This document shows, piece after piece, positions 38,522 to 51,667 of a DNA stretch of 64,000 nt. A program made the position numbers and the translations under genes. Position 1 is the stretch's first letter. Each line of letters begins with the position of its first letter. Source of the stretch: Chrysomallon squamiferum (lineage: Eukaryota > Animalia > Mollusca); the NCBI GenBank assembly GCA_012295275.1, contig CM022674.1, positions 8,618,001-8,682,000 on the forward strand, read 5' to 3'. The notes below the pieces were generated by a model. It was given only the letters and a program-made list of their open reading frames with translations. It did no database searches and was not told the DNA's origin.

Positions 38522-38949
38522 CACAGCAACCATCTTTTTATAATATTTAATATATATAAATATATTCAGCCTCATCTTTTTAGATGAACAATTTTAGAAA
38601 ATCAGCTTCATATTTTTCTTGTTATTATTTGTTGCTTTTTGGTTGTCTGTTTTATTAAATATCAGAGTGATAGACTGAACATGTAAATCCTACAAATCAG
38701 TATCTCATGCTATTTCTCTGATATTGCATTATGAAAAACAATACTAAATCTTCTGAATTAATTTATTATTGACTGGTACTGTGTTATTCAGACAACTCCC
38801 AGAGTTATCTGCTAACAAGGACTGATCCTGTGACACATCAAACCTAAATCCTGGTATCAAACTATTTAGTTCTTCCTGTGCAACAACACTAAATTACTAA
38901 ATAGATGATGTATAGTGAAAGGTTCAGAATGTTACAGGCATTTACTCAA

Positions 38950-40215
38950 GAATTAATTTTATTAACAACTTTATACATTTTTCAGTGTAAGTCATGTATT
39001 TATTTACAAAAATGGCAGTCTATTATTATAAATTTCATTTATTTGTCAAATATTAGATAAACTTTACAGAAAAATCAGTCTGGTGTGTGGGTTAGTGTGT
39101 GAGTTAGTGTGTGTATATATAGACACACTGATTCCTTTTGCGTCACTATGTACAGAGACCCTATTTCTGTCCAGACAGGTCAGTTGTTACTCTCATGCGA
39201 ATACATCAATGAGATGATTATCACAACTAAACGTATTTCAGCTAATTTCCCTCATTATCTGTTGTGTCAGTTAACATGTTTTCAGTAAAAACAACAAACT
39301 GTATAGCTGTTATTATTTATTGAGCTCAACTTTGAAAACAGCCTGAACTTTCATAGCTTCATAGCAGCCATACATTTAATTCTTACAGTGTTTTGCATTG
39401 ATATACTGTTTGATATACAATATTAACTGTATCACATGTATAAGTTAAATAAATAAAAACAGAAACAAAAGAAAAGAAAAGCAATAAAACAAAATAAATA
39501 AAACCCAAATTAAATAAATAATTAAATAAAGTAAATTATAATGGATAAAACAAAATAATAATAATAATAACAAAAATAAATAATAAAATAAAGAAAAGTA
39601 CAATGGATAAAAACAAAATATAACAAAAATAAAGTAAAATAATAACAATAATTATTATTATATATTTTGTTATTTATTAAAACAATTATTACAATATTAT
39701 ATTAATATTTTTAACAACCTGTAAGGCAGACATTATTACACTAGTGTATGTTTTATTACATTTGTTATTTATACTGTGTACAAGTGTGCCTGTTTATTTG
39801 TATGTGTATGTATGTGTGCATATGTGTGTGCATGTGTGTGTACGTGTGTGTGCATGTGTGTGTATGTACCTCTATGCATATGTCTAAGTGTCTGAAAAGG
39901 GATTAAAACAGAAATAAGCAAAAAAGTAAAAAGTGAAGTAAGAGCTTTTTACAATCTAATACTTTTCTCTTCAAAAATAGCTAAAGCACGGATTTGCATG
40001 CACAAGATAGCTGAAATAATGAGCTGCCAACAGAAATTACACATCTCCAGTGTTCTGGTTTAACTGCTGCATACAGAACTTTTCAATGCTCTCTGTTACT
40101 GATTAAACGTGATCTGCAACACGATGGAAAACTATCATAGAAGAATTACATGAATTAAGTAGTGCTTGCTCTTACAACTATTCAGTTTGCTAATATATGC
40201 ATATTACACACACAC

Positions 40216-40269
<54 letters not shown>

Positions 40270-41348
40270 AGCAAACTGAAGAGATGTATGTATCTACAGT
40301 AATCTGCTTCTAGTCTTTACATTATGCCTTGAATAACAAATCACAAAACTGATTATTAATAATTATGCCAAGCATTAATACTAAATAAAAAAATCAACTG
40401 CCTTTTCGTTACTGCCTGTAAAACAATGTGTGTGACACTGATTTCGTGTAACATCCATCTTGCTGCTACTGAAGAATACTGTTCTTGTAAATAAAAGAAA
40501 TCTTCAAACTTACATCAGCTTTATTTTAAAGCAATAATAAAGCTGTATTACTCATACAGAAACACAGTTTTCAAATTATTACTTTTAAAAACATTTATCT
40601 CTTATCACAATTGTGTATTTTCAAGCTCAGTGTCTGACAGTTTCTGTGTTAACAAATTCATGATTTCTATAAATTATATATCTAAGCAAAGAATCAAATT
40701 AACAAACATTTTAAACACTCGTCTAAAAATAACCACATGGCAGAATATTTCTTACGCTTTCAGAAACTACTTTAATTTGTTAGTTTATGCTCAGAACTTC
40801 TTTAAATGTAACTCTTGGATCACGTTAACCTCTATTTTTTATACAAAGCAAAGGACAGGACAAATCAATACAGAAAAAGCTTAAAACAGTTTGATTTTTA
40901 AGTGATTAAGGCTCAGTGTATAAAGAAAAAATGAAATAATCTCCAGTTTAAACTGAAGTTGAAATAAAAATTAAGTAAACTTCATGCATTATAAAATATA
41001 TTGTTAAATGCATACAAATCTGTATTATATTTTACATAAACAATACAAATACTCTGCTGTCTTGTAACATGTGACCTTATATCCATACATTCAATAAAAC
41101 ATCCAAGTTATCACGTTTTCTAATTTATATTTATGTACAATATAATGTAATATGAAGTCATCAACTACATAACATATTTATTAAAATATTTCATAAAAAA
41201 TAGAGCTTTAGTGAAACATGTTTATAAATCTCTTTTTAATGTTGTTACATTAATGTGCTTATTTCAGTATATTTATATCACATACAGAACTAGTAAATTT
41301 ACAGATCTATAACTATATAATGTAACTTATATAAAACAATACATTTCT

Positions 41349-41385
<37 letters not shown>

Positions 41386-42734
41386 TAAAACTTCAACTGA
41401 GTAGTATTTCTGAGTAATAAAATAATAGTTTACTTTCTACACACTGATTTTTTTTATGGTTTACAAAATTTTAAACAATTTAATGATTAACACCAAAAAT
41501 TATGCTGTTTTTAACCTTTGACTATCAAACTGACAATAGTTTTAAGTCAAGGAAGTGTCCCGTTTATTTCCTACAGCACCTGAACATTCATTAACAGTTT
41601 ATTTTGTTTTGGTGTTTAAAAAAGTGAACATACTACTACTGGTCCATGATGGTCTGTTTTTAGATTAGACTGAGCATCTTTTTATGCAAATTCACACATA
41701 CAGCAAAATGGCCTCTTTTAAATGACAGTTTATTTTACTTCTGCTTTATTTAACAATTTGTAACCACAGATGGTTCTTTGTCATGCCTGATGTGTTCAGC
41801 AACAGTTTCTGTCACTGGTTCTCTTTAACATCACAGTGATAGATAATTTAAAAAACAGGTTTGAATTTCTGATCATATAGAATTTTTATTATAGATGGGC
41901 CATCAACTAACTCAGATGGTAACCATGGAAATGATTGACAATCATCTCTTGAATACTAGATAGAGTTAAATTATGTTTGTGAGCATTGTTTTAGACACAT
42001 TTATCAATAACTGGCTTTTTTATTATTACTATTTCATTGTTTTCTCTGTTCTAAGAAACAATACTGTAGAAAGTTTATAAGAATGTTTGAATAAAAGCTA
42101 AGAATTCAAAACAGTATTTTAAAGTAGCTCACATCCATTGTATTAATATTGCATATGTCCTTTCACCTAATTCCAGTCTTTCTTTAGAGCTAAAGTTAAA
42201 ACATTTCAAAAGCAGATTCGTAAAGCAAGGGAGATAAGTACTATCTACACATAACTAATATTGTAATTTTGCAGCGATGAAGAATTTTTCAAATTAAATC
42301 TCAGAATAAATAATCCAGGAAGGCACTTCTGTAGCCCTAATTTAGAAACAGTCAAAGAGAAAAATAATATTCAAAGATTTTTAACAAAGGGACAAAACTC
42401 TAATCATCTTTAAGCATTTCCAAAGAGGAATAACTCCATCCATGATATTTTACAAACACTTTGAATTAAAATTGAATGTCTATAGGTTTCTATTTCCTTC
42501 AGAAAACATGATTTAAATACAAGAAACATTATGAAATAATATTTTCATGCTTAATTAAAGAAACAAAGACAAAAATATTTTAGTAATCTGAAAGCAATAT
42601 TTTCAAATCAAATCAGCTAATATCAGAAATAATTGCAGCTTTACTAAATAAAAATGAATTCAGGGTCCTGTTCCTCTGAAAGACTTCAAACGACAAACTG
42701 CAGCCATTTTGATTGCTCCTGCATGCCACATGAA
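38950..42734 (-). other. Probable terminal (3'UTR) exon of the espin-like gene
   Basis: Strong acceptor ttttctatttttcag| at 42734 downstream of the post-stop donor at 43053. The 3' end is a guess from AATAAA hexamers at 39004-38999 and 38963-38958; many other AATAAA occur in this AT-rich stretch. Confidence 0.45.
40219..40266. repeat. (GA)n microsatellite
   Basis: Directly visible. Confidence 0.95.
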
Positions 42735-43055
42735 CTGAAAAATAGAAAAATAAACACATAAGTATGTAAATTAATCCTTTTTTCAAATTTAGACATAAAT
42801 GGTAGACATGACCTTCAAACCTGAGGTTAAAATTTTAAAATGTGCCTAACTTAACACCAATGATTTCTGATGTAAATAAGTGTGTATGTGTTTGTGTATT
42901 AATGTGTGTGTACATATCTGTATGTATTTTATGTATATATGTATGTTTTTGGGGATATCTATGTATGTATGTATGTATGTATGTATGTATATGTACAAGT
43001 CTTTGAAAGAAGTAATCATGAAAATTAAAAAAAGAAAAAGAGAGCTGACTTACAC

Positions 43056-43148
43056 TTATTTACTCTGAGAATTTTGTTTCTCTTTTTTCTCAATGAGAGC
43101 TCGCTTCCAGGCAGGAATGTTTAAAAAACGAGCTTCCTCCAACTCAAT
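43056..43148 (-). CDS. ESPN: Espin-like last coding exon (IELEEARFLNIPAWKRALIEKKEKQNSQSK*)
   Basis: cttag| acceptor; EEAR....PAW+R.L..KK motif; TAA at 43058-43056 followed 2 nt later by a gtaagt donor. Confidence 0.88.
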   Translation of the reverse strand: MELEEARFLNIPAWKRALIEKKEKQNSQSK

Positions 43149-43879
43149 CTAAGTTTAATACACACATGATTACTGTCAGTTCTATATCAACGTAACATAC
43201 ATTTACTAATCAACACACCTGTTTATTTTTATTTATTTCAAAGAAATCTTTTCATATTTAAATATATAAACCCTGAGATGACTACTTCTGTACCCAATAT
43301 ACAGAGAAACAACATGCACACGCGCACACGACACACACACAAACACACACACAAACACTCACACATACAAACAAGAAATAAAATAAAAACAAAGATATTC
43401 TATTTTTATTACTAATATGCCAAGTAAGAAGAAAATTAGATTTGTTATCTGTTAATCAATCTCTCCAAATTAAACTTTTATACTGTATGGCAGTGTAATT
43501 AAATTGTGATGCTGCATTCTACCTTTGTGGTATTTTCATCTTTCCTTTTAGCACTTGACAGTATGTCAGATTACAGTGATCACATTACCACTTTTGTTTT
43601 GAATATCACCTTTTTTCGTATTTTTTTCAATTGCAAATGTTTTATTAATGAATGACAGATGTATACTATGAATTAGCTGAATAAATAAAGTTTTATTGAT
43701 AAAATATACATCATTTAATCTTCATTTAAAAATTTTATATGACAAAATTACTGAATTCAAAATATTGTATATTTATCTGAATAGCATAGCAAGTATTTAA
43801 TATAAATAAAACAAAACATATACAAGTTAAATAATTTAAAAAAAAATAAAAAATAATATCCAAGTCAATGTATGTGTAT

Positions 43880-46800
43880 ATATGTCTCAGTATCTAAGTG
43901 TATGTATGTCTCAGTATCTAAGTGTATGTATGTCTCAGTATCTAAGTGTATGTATGTCTCAGTATCTAAGTGTGTGTCTCAGTATCTAAGTGTATGTATG
44001 TCTCAGTATCTAAGTGTGTGTGTCTCAGTATCTAAGTGTATGTATGTCTCAGTATCTAAGTCAGTGTATGTATGTCTCAGTATCTAAGTCAGTGTATGTA
44101 TGTCTCAGTATCTAAGTGTATGTATGTCTCAGTATCTAAGTGTATGTATGTCTCAGTATCTAAGTGTGTGTGTCTCAGTATCTAAGTGTATGTATGTCTC
44201 AGTATCTAAGTCAGTGTATGTATGTCTCAGTATCTAAGTGTATGTATGTCTCAGTATCTAAGTGTATGTACGTCTCAGTATCTAAGTCAGTGTATGTATG
44301 TCTCAGTATCTAAGTCAGTGTATGTATGTCTCAGTATCTAAGTGTATGTATGTCTCAGTATCTAAGTGTATGTACGTCTCAGTATCTAAGTCAGTGTATG
44401 TATGTCTCAGTATCTAAGTGTATGTATGTCTCAGTATCTAAGTGTATGTATGTCTCAGTATCTAAGTGTATGTATGTCTCAGTATCTAAGTGTATGTATG
44501 TCTCAGTATCTAAGTGTATGTATGTCTCAGTATCTAAGTCAGTGTATGTCTCAGTATCTAAGTCAGTGTATGTCTCAGTATCTAAGTCAGTGTATGTCTC
44601 AGTATCTAAGTGTATGTATGTCTCAGTATCTAAGTGTATGTATGTCTCAGTATCTAAGTGTATGTATGTCTCAGTATCTAAGTGTATGTCTCAGTATCTA
44701 AGTGTATGTATGTCTCAGTATCTAAGTGTATGTATGTCTCAGTATCTAAGTGTATGTATGTCTCAGTATCTAAGTGTATGTATGTCTCAGTATCTAAGTC
44801 AGTGTATGTCTCAGTATCTAAGTCAGTGTGTATGTCTCAGTATCTAAGTCAGTGTATGTCTCAGTATCTAAGTCAGTGTATGTCTCAGTATCTAAGTCAG
44901 TGTATGTCCTCAGTATCTAAGTCTGTATGTCTCAGTATCTAAGTGTATGTCTCAGTATGTCTCAGTATCTAAGTATCTAGTATCTAAGTGTATGTGTCTC
45001 TCAGTATCTAAGTGTATGTATGTCTCAGTATCTAAGTGTATGTATGTCTCAGTATCTAAGTGTATGTATGTCTCAGTATCTAAGTGTATGTATGTCTCAG
45101 TATCTAAGTGTATGTATGTCTCAGTATCTAAGTGTGTGTCTCAGTATCTAAGTGTGTGTATGTCTCAGTATCTAAGTGTATGTATGTCTCAGTATCTAAG
45201 TGTATGTATGTCTCAGTATCTAAGTGTATGTATGTCTCAGTATCTAAGTGTATGTATGTCTCAGTATCTAAGTGTATGTGTGTCTCAGTATCTAAGTGTA
45301 TGTCTATGTCTCAGTATCTAAGTGTATGTATGTCTCAGTATCTAAGTCAGTGTATGTATGTCTCAGTATCTAAGTGTATGTATGTCTCAGTATCTAAGTG
45401 TATGTATGTCTCAGTATCTAAGTCAGTGTATGTATGTCTCAGTATCTAAGTGTATGTATGTCTCAGTATCTAAGTGTATGTATGTCTCAGTATCTAAGTG
45501 TGTGTGTCTCAGTATCTAAGTGTATGTATGTCTCAGTATCTAAGTCAGTGTATGTATGTCTCAGTATCCAGTGTGTATATATGTCTCAGTATCTAAGTGT
45601 GTGTGTCTCAGTATCTAAGTGTATGTATGTCTCAGTATCTAAGTGTATGTATGTCTCAGTATCTAAGTGTGTATGTCTCAGTATCTAAGTGTATGTATGT
45701 CTCAGTATCTAAGTGTATGTATGTCTCAGTATCTAAGTGTATGTATGTCTCAGTATCTAAGTGTGTGTGTCTCAGTATCTAAGTGTATGTATGTCTCAGT
45801 ATCTAAGTGTATGTCTCAGTCTCAGTATCTAAGTCTCAGTATATGTCTCAGTCAGTATCTAAGTGTATGTATGTCTCAGTATCTAAGTGTGTGTGTGTCT
45901 CAGTATCTAAGTGTGTGTGTCTCAGTATCTAAGTGTATGTCTCAGTATCTAAGTGTGTGTATGTCTCAGTATCTAAGTCAGTGTATGTATGTCTCAGTAT
46001 CTAAGTGTATGTATGTCTCAGTATCTAAGTGTGTGTATGTCTCAGTATCTAAGTGTATGTATGTCTCAGTATCTAAGTGTATGTATGTCTCAGTATCTAA
46101 GTCAGTGTATGTCTCAGTATCTAAGTCAGTGTATGTCTCAGTATCTAAGTCAGTGTGTGTGTCTCAGTATCTAAGTCAGTGTATGTCTCAGTATCTAAGT
46201 CAGTGTATGTCTCAGTATCTAAGTCAGTGTATGTCTCAGTATCTAAGTCAGTGTGTGTCTCTCAGTATCTAAGTCAGTGTATGTCTCAGTATCTAAGTGT
46301 ATGTCTCAGTATCTAAGTCAGTGTGTGTCTCAGTATCTAAGTGTATGTATGTCTCAGTATCTAAGTGTATGTATGTCTCAGTATCTAAGTCAGTGTGTGT
46401 CTCAGTATCTAAGTGTATGTATGTCTCAGTATCTAAGTGTATGTGTGTCTCAGTATCTAAGTGTATGTATGTCTCAGTATCTAAGTGTATGTATGTCTCA
46501 GTATCTAAGTGTATGTATGTCTCAGTATCTAAGTCAGTGTATGTCTCAGTATCTAAGTGTATGTATGTCTCAGTATCTAAGTGTATGTGTGTCTCAGTAT
46601 CTAAGTGTATATATGTCTCAGTATCTAAGTCAGTGTGTGTCTCAGTATCTAAGTGTGTGTGTGTCTCAGTATCTAAGTGTATGTATGTCTCAGTATCTAA
46701 GTCAGTGTGTGTCTCAGTATCTAAGTGTATGTGTGTCTCAGTATCTAAGTCAGTGTGTGTCTCAGTATCTAAGTCAGTGTGTGTCTCAGTATCTAAGTGT

Positions 46801-47393
46801 ATGTGTGTCTCAGTATCTAAGTCAGTGTGTGTGTCTCAGTATCTAAGTCAGTGTATGTCTCAGTATCTAAGTGTATGTGTGTCTCAGTATCTAAGTCAGT
46901 GTGTGTCTCAGTATCTAAGTCAGTGTGTGTCTCAGTATCTAAGTCAGTGTGTGTCTCAGTATCTAAGTCAGTGTGTGTCTCAGTATCTAAGTGTATGTGT
47001 GTCTCAGTATCTAAGTCAGTGTGTGTCTCAGTATCTAAGTCAGTGTATGTCTCAGTATCTAAGTCAGTGTGTGTCTCAGTATCTAAGTCAGTGTATGTCT
47101 CAGTATCTAAGTCAGTGTGTGTCTCAGTATCTAAGTGTATGTGTGTCTCAGTATCTAAGTCAGTGTGTGTCTCAGTATCTAAGTCAGTGTATGTCTCAGT
47201 ATCTAAGTCAGTGTGTGTCTCAGTATCTAAGTCAGTGTGTGTCTCAGTATCTAAGTCAGTGTGTGTCTCAGTATCTAAGTCAGTGTGTGTCTCAGTATCT
47301 AAGTCAGTGTATGTCTCAGTATCTAAGTCAGTGTGTGTCTCAGTATCTAAGTCAGTGTGTGTCTCAGTATCTAAGTCAGTGTATTTGTGTCTC
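43880..47393. repeat. 3.5-kb minisatellite, ~24-bp unit gtctcagtatctaagt(gtatgtat/cagtgtgt), filling most of an espin intron
   Basis: Directly visible; source of all [16 protein letters not shown] and TDLDTETH ORFs in the track. Confidence 0.98.
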
Positions 47394-47395
47394 AC

Positions 47396-47554
47396 CCTCA
47401 TCTGCTCCTCTGCCTCTTTCTTTGCTTTGTCTGCTGCTTGTTTTGCCAGCATCTGACGTCTCCAGTCAGGGATGATGTGTCCAGATGAGTCTTTCTCAGG
47501 AACTTTGTCCAGGAATTGTTTTGGATCCCACTGTCCTCCATCAGTTTTGGCTGG
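47396..47554 (-). CDS. ESPN: Espin-like actin-bundling module exon ([53 protein letters not shown])
   Basis: ttcccag| acceptor, |gtgaga donor, 159 nt, phase 0-0; P..D..G..IP.W+RQ motif shared by espin and forked. Confidence 0.92.
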
Positions 47555-48279
47555 CTGGGAATGTAAAACATTATTTTAATTATATAAATGTTATCATTAA
47601 TTATTTCACTTTGTAACAGATAATACTGAAAAATATTTTAGTATCATCCAATTCAGATTATGACTAACTGAAAAATATAAGGAATCATTCTTATTGAGAT
47701 GTGCTGCTAAACAAATGTTACCTAGACATTTCAAATAACTCAAGTAATTTCTTCACAACTTCAGGTTTTTGCATACATAAATAAAGTAAAGGGTGTCTTT
47801 TTGGTCAAGTAATAATTGAGATACACATTTTGCTATTCTTTGCGTGAGTATCTCACTTAACAACACAGCCTGGATACAATGTCTCACACTGGTATAATAA
47901 TTGAACATATTTCAACTTAGTATATCTAAAATAAGTATACCAACATACTAAATAATTAATGCAAGTAAAGTTATTTTTTGACTGGAATATTTTTATTTTT
48001 ATTGTATTTTTCTTTTGGTTGTTTGTTTTTTGTGTATATGTAAATCACTGAATTATATTCTACACTGTAACCTTATTGCAATGGTTTTCAAAGAAAGTGA
48101 TATGAATCCCCCAAGTGAATGTGAATTTCTGAAGTGCAGTATAAAAAAATAATTATTGCAGTTTATCCTTTCTTTCCCTTAGTGTGCATTATAAATCAAA
48201 AATGAAAAGCTGTAAGAGATCAGGGATGTAGAGATGAAACCAGTTTCATACTTTACAAACACATCAAGACAGTACAAAC

Positions 48280-48484
48280 CTTGCTATCAGTGGGTGGGGT
48301 GTTGTTCTGCTGACTGTTCTTGCCTCCAAACGAGAACACCTCTTTGGTTACCTGTCGCTCAGGTCCACGAGATTTCTTCAAAACCCCGACCCCACCCCCA
48401 GCCTTCAGTTCAGCAATGATGTCATACCTGGCAGGGACGTGACCATTCTGATTCATGAAAGGGTTGTCAGCTAGTTTTTGTGGC
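48280..48484 (-). CDS. ESPN: Espin-like WH2 exon (PQKLADNPFMNQNGHVPARYDIIAELKAGGGVGVLKKSRGPERQVTKEVFSFGGKNSQQNNTPPTDSK)
   Basis: gacag| acceptor at 48484; two in-frame donors, CAG|gtaacc (48352) and AAG|gtttgt (48280); resembles espin WH2 ELLAEIKAG.SLKPT...TVFSG. Confidence 0.85.
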
Positions 48485-48798
48485 CTGTCATGAGAAACAA
48501 AAAAAATGCTCTTTGGATACTGTCAGTTATACAGTTAGTAAATGAAGTAAGCTAGTAAACTTATTTTAAATTTCAATCAATAATGATGAATTTTCTTTCA
48601 TTTATTTCACTTTAATTTCTTTTCTTTTCAGTGAAGATCAGTTTCAAAAATAAAATTGAAAATGAATAACTTTATAATACAAAGTAAACAATAATTTCTT
48701 CTTTTTAAAACTGGACATTACAAACTTTTGTTTTTCTACTAGACCAAATCTAGAAAAGATAAATTAACGGCTTTTGATTTTATGATTATCTCCCTTAC

Positions 48799-49619
48799 CT
48801 GACTTCAGGTGAAGAATTTGGTGATGGTACCGATTCATTCAAATCCTTTTTCTCAGTGTTAGGAGAGCAAGTAACAGATGTCTCGGGCGGAGTTTTAGGA
48901 GGGGGTGATGGAGAAGCTGCTACTCTTTTCGGGGCAGTTGAGACAAGTAAAGAAGCTAATCGAGACTGACCGTACACTGGACTCACTGGAGAACTTTTCA
49001 CACAGGTTTTGGGTGGGAAACTCCCAGGTGACGTCTGCTCGTTGTTTACAGAAGAACTTTCTGACTTTTCTGAACTGACCTGTATTCGGGACACGCCATT
49101 AGAAACTGTGTTCACAGTCACAGTACTGTTCAAAACAACGGCTCCTGAATCTGCTTCATCTTGTGTAGACTTCTCTTCAGAGTTATCTGTCCATTCTTGA
49201 TTAGAGTTATCCACTCTTGGAGAGTCTGGCTTTGGTGAACCTGTTGAGATTTCTCTTACTCCTGAGCTGTCATTTATCTTTATATTGTTTCCTTTAATCT
49301 GAATAACAGTCTTTTTTGCACCTTCGGTCTGGACAGATTCAGTGTCGTTAGACATTTTGATTCTGAAATTGTCTTCTTTATCCTTCACTTGTACGTGTGT
49401 GATATATCTGCGTATGTCACTGGTGTGAGATACTGAACTGTTCAAATGTTCAAACTGAGACTGGATTTCAGACAAAGTTCTTTTGTCATTACACTGTGAG
49501 ATAAGTCTGAAATTGGAATCAACTTCGTGTACAGCCGGAGATGAAACTGAACTCAAAGTGGAAGTGTCAGATGAGAGTTCACTGTCATGTGATTCGTGCA
49601 AAATGGCTGCTGCAAAATC
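48799..49619 (-). CDS. ESPN: Espin-like large exon, Ser/Thr-rich low-complexity linker with Pro-rich SPSPPPKTPP motif
   Basis: 821-nt open exon inside ORF 48795..49634; tttcag| acceptor, |gtaagg donor, phase 0 to 2. Confidence 0.9.
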
Positions 49620-49999
49620 CTGAAACAAAACCATTACATATAAAAATAATTAATAACTTAGTAATGACTTCTTTTTTCAACCTTGTAATTATTTTTATTA
49701 TTTTTAAAATCTTTTTTAATATTATGTTTTATGTGAATGGTAGATATGTTTCAATTTCCTGACATTAATTTCTAACAAAGTTCATTACAAAAATTAAATC
49801 TTAATCTGTTATTCTCATTATTGGTAATACAATAATGTTATTTTATTTTGTAGGTTAAAGCTGCTTTATTTTAAATTCAGCTGATGTCTAACTTATAAAC
49901 AATATTTATTTTATTTTGCATCATATTTATAAACTATGCTTTATTAATTCACTATTAGAACTTAGGTTGTCACCTGTAAAATGAAAGAAAAATTCTCAC

Positions 50000-50115
50000 C
50001 TGTAACTGATGTTGAGAGTGCTGTGAAGATTTGAGACAAACAAGACACTCAGTTTCACCTGTCTCCTGGGAGTACACACTGCACTCTGAGTTGTGACGTC
50101 CTGAACCCACTAATA
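50000..50115 (-). CDS. ESPN: Espin-like exon (VLVGSGRHNSECSVYSQETGETECLVCLKSSQHSQHQLQ)
   Basis: gttttag| acceptor at 50115 (in-frame alternative ttcag| at 50100), |gtgaga donor, phase 1 to 0. Confidence 0.78.
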
Positions 50116-50748
50116 CTAAAACAACAATTTACTTCAACACACACACACATAAAATACACATTGTACATACAACATACACTATGAAAATATTCACAATACA
50201 CCAACTCATTTAAAAATCAAGATATTTTTACACAATCATTTTCCACATTAAACACTGCAAAATTAAAAATCAATTTTTAAAATAACAGGAATTCAGATAC
50301 ATGCTATAAAACTGTTTTAATTACATTGCCTGTAGCTAACAGTTTAATAAACCCACAATGCAGTAACTCATTTCAGTGTGTTACACTGTAGAAGAGATCA
50401 ATCAGCAGAATACAGAGGTTAACAAACTTATGAAATTTTCCTGACAGAAATTCAACAAATCAAATAATAACATAAAACAATATTTTATTTTACATGTGTG
50501 TGTGTGTTTTTGTATTTATGTCAGTATGTTTATGTGTATGTGTGTATGTCTCTCTGTGTGTGTTTATCTGTGTCAGTGTGCATGTGTCAAAGTATTCTGA
50601 ATACACAAGGTGTGTTATTGATTGCAGAGGTCTCTGTACAGATTAGATAACAGACATCTGTATGCAGCAGCCAGTGAAATCAATAACAGGTAGAACTAAT
50701 TAAGTAAATATATGTAGAAAACAGTATTAAAAAGTCAACACAGGTGTT

Positions 50749-50757
<9 letters not shown>

Positions 50758-50825
<68 letters not shown>
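50758..50825. repeat. (GA)n microsatellite
   Basis: Directly visible. Confidence 0.95.
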
Positions 50826-50829
<4 letters not shown>

Positions 50830-50862
50830 CATTTTAATACTGATAAATAAAATATTTGGTAC

Positions 50863-50971
50863 CTGATTCAAAAGAGACAGATTGGTCAGTGGTTTCTTCT
50901 CTAGTCTTCACTTCCTGTGAAGAGAGATAATTACTGCTGCTGCTGGCTACTGCTTCCAAAACACCATTCAC
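50863..50971 (-). CDS. ESPN: Espin-like exon (VNGVLEAVASSSSNYLSSQEVKTREETTDQSVSFES)
   Basis: ttttctag| acceptor, |gtacca donor, 109 nt, open, phase 0 to 1. Confidence 0.8.
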
Positions 50972-51509
50972 CTAGAAAAAACCAGTACAATCAGCTAATA
51001 ATCTATGAAACAGTTAAAAGAATTGTTTTGAAAAAAACCAGACATATTTTGTTTTCATTAGTTCTTGCTGAGTAAGAACATGTTACTGATGTAAAAAAGT
51101 TTTAAAGAATCAACAAAACTAAGAGATGTGATACATATCCATTTAAAATATTTTAAAAACATTTCAAATGTGTTAAGTAAAGTTATTTGAACATAAACAT
51201 TATTAGTCTATTTTCACTGACAAAGAAGTTATAAAATGACTGTACATAAAAAATTAATGTAAAAAATGATAAAAATTCCTTCCGACTGAGCATAGCTGAT
51301 ATTTCTCAGTTTGTGCCAGCAATTAACATTTACCAATGAACAATGTAACTCTCACTTGAAGCTACTGAGACGGATGTTAAAATGATGCTTTATGACAAGA
51401 GCAATATTAACATTTGTACAGCTAAGTACCCCAAAACGCAAATAATCCCTCATTTGATTTTCAGAATAACAAATACTACAGTTAGGCTTTATCACCGATA
51501 TTTTTAAAA

Positions 51510-51623
51510 TTATTACTACTACTACTACTACTATTACTACAGTTATTATTATTATTATTATTGTTGTTGTTGTTGTTATTGTTATTGTTATTGTTATTGT
51601 TATTGTTATTGTTATTGTTGTTA

Positions 51624-51666
<43 letters not shown>
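51510..51666. repeat. Compound (TAC)n/(TAT)n/(GTT)n/(GTTATT)n microsatellite
   Basis: Directly visible; ~20 bp from the donor at 51687. Confidence 0.92.

Positions 51667-51667
<1 letters not shown>

Noticed and set aside
43056-43148. F..IP.WKR.L..KK resembles a villin headpiece C-terminal motif
   Set aside because: The rest of the headpiece is absent, and the ankyrin + WH2 + PDWRRQ context fits espin/forked better.
43872-47475. Many long plus-strand ORFs (SQYLSVCM / YVSVSKCM repeats, up to 392 aa)
   Set aside because: They are translations of the 24-bp minisatellite, antisense to an espin intron.
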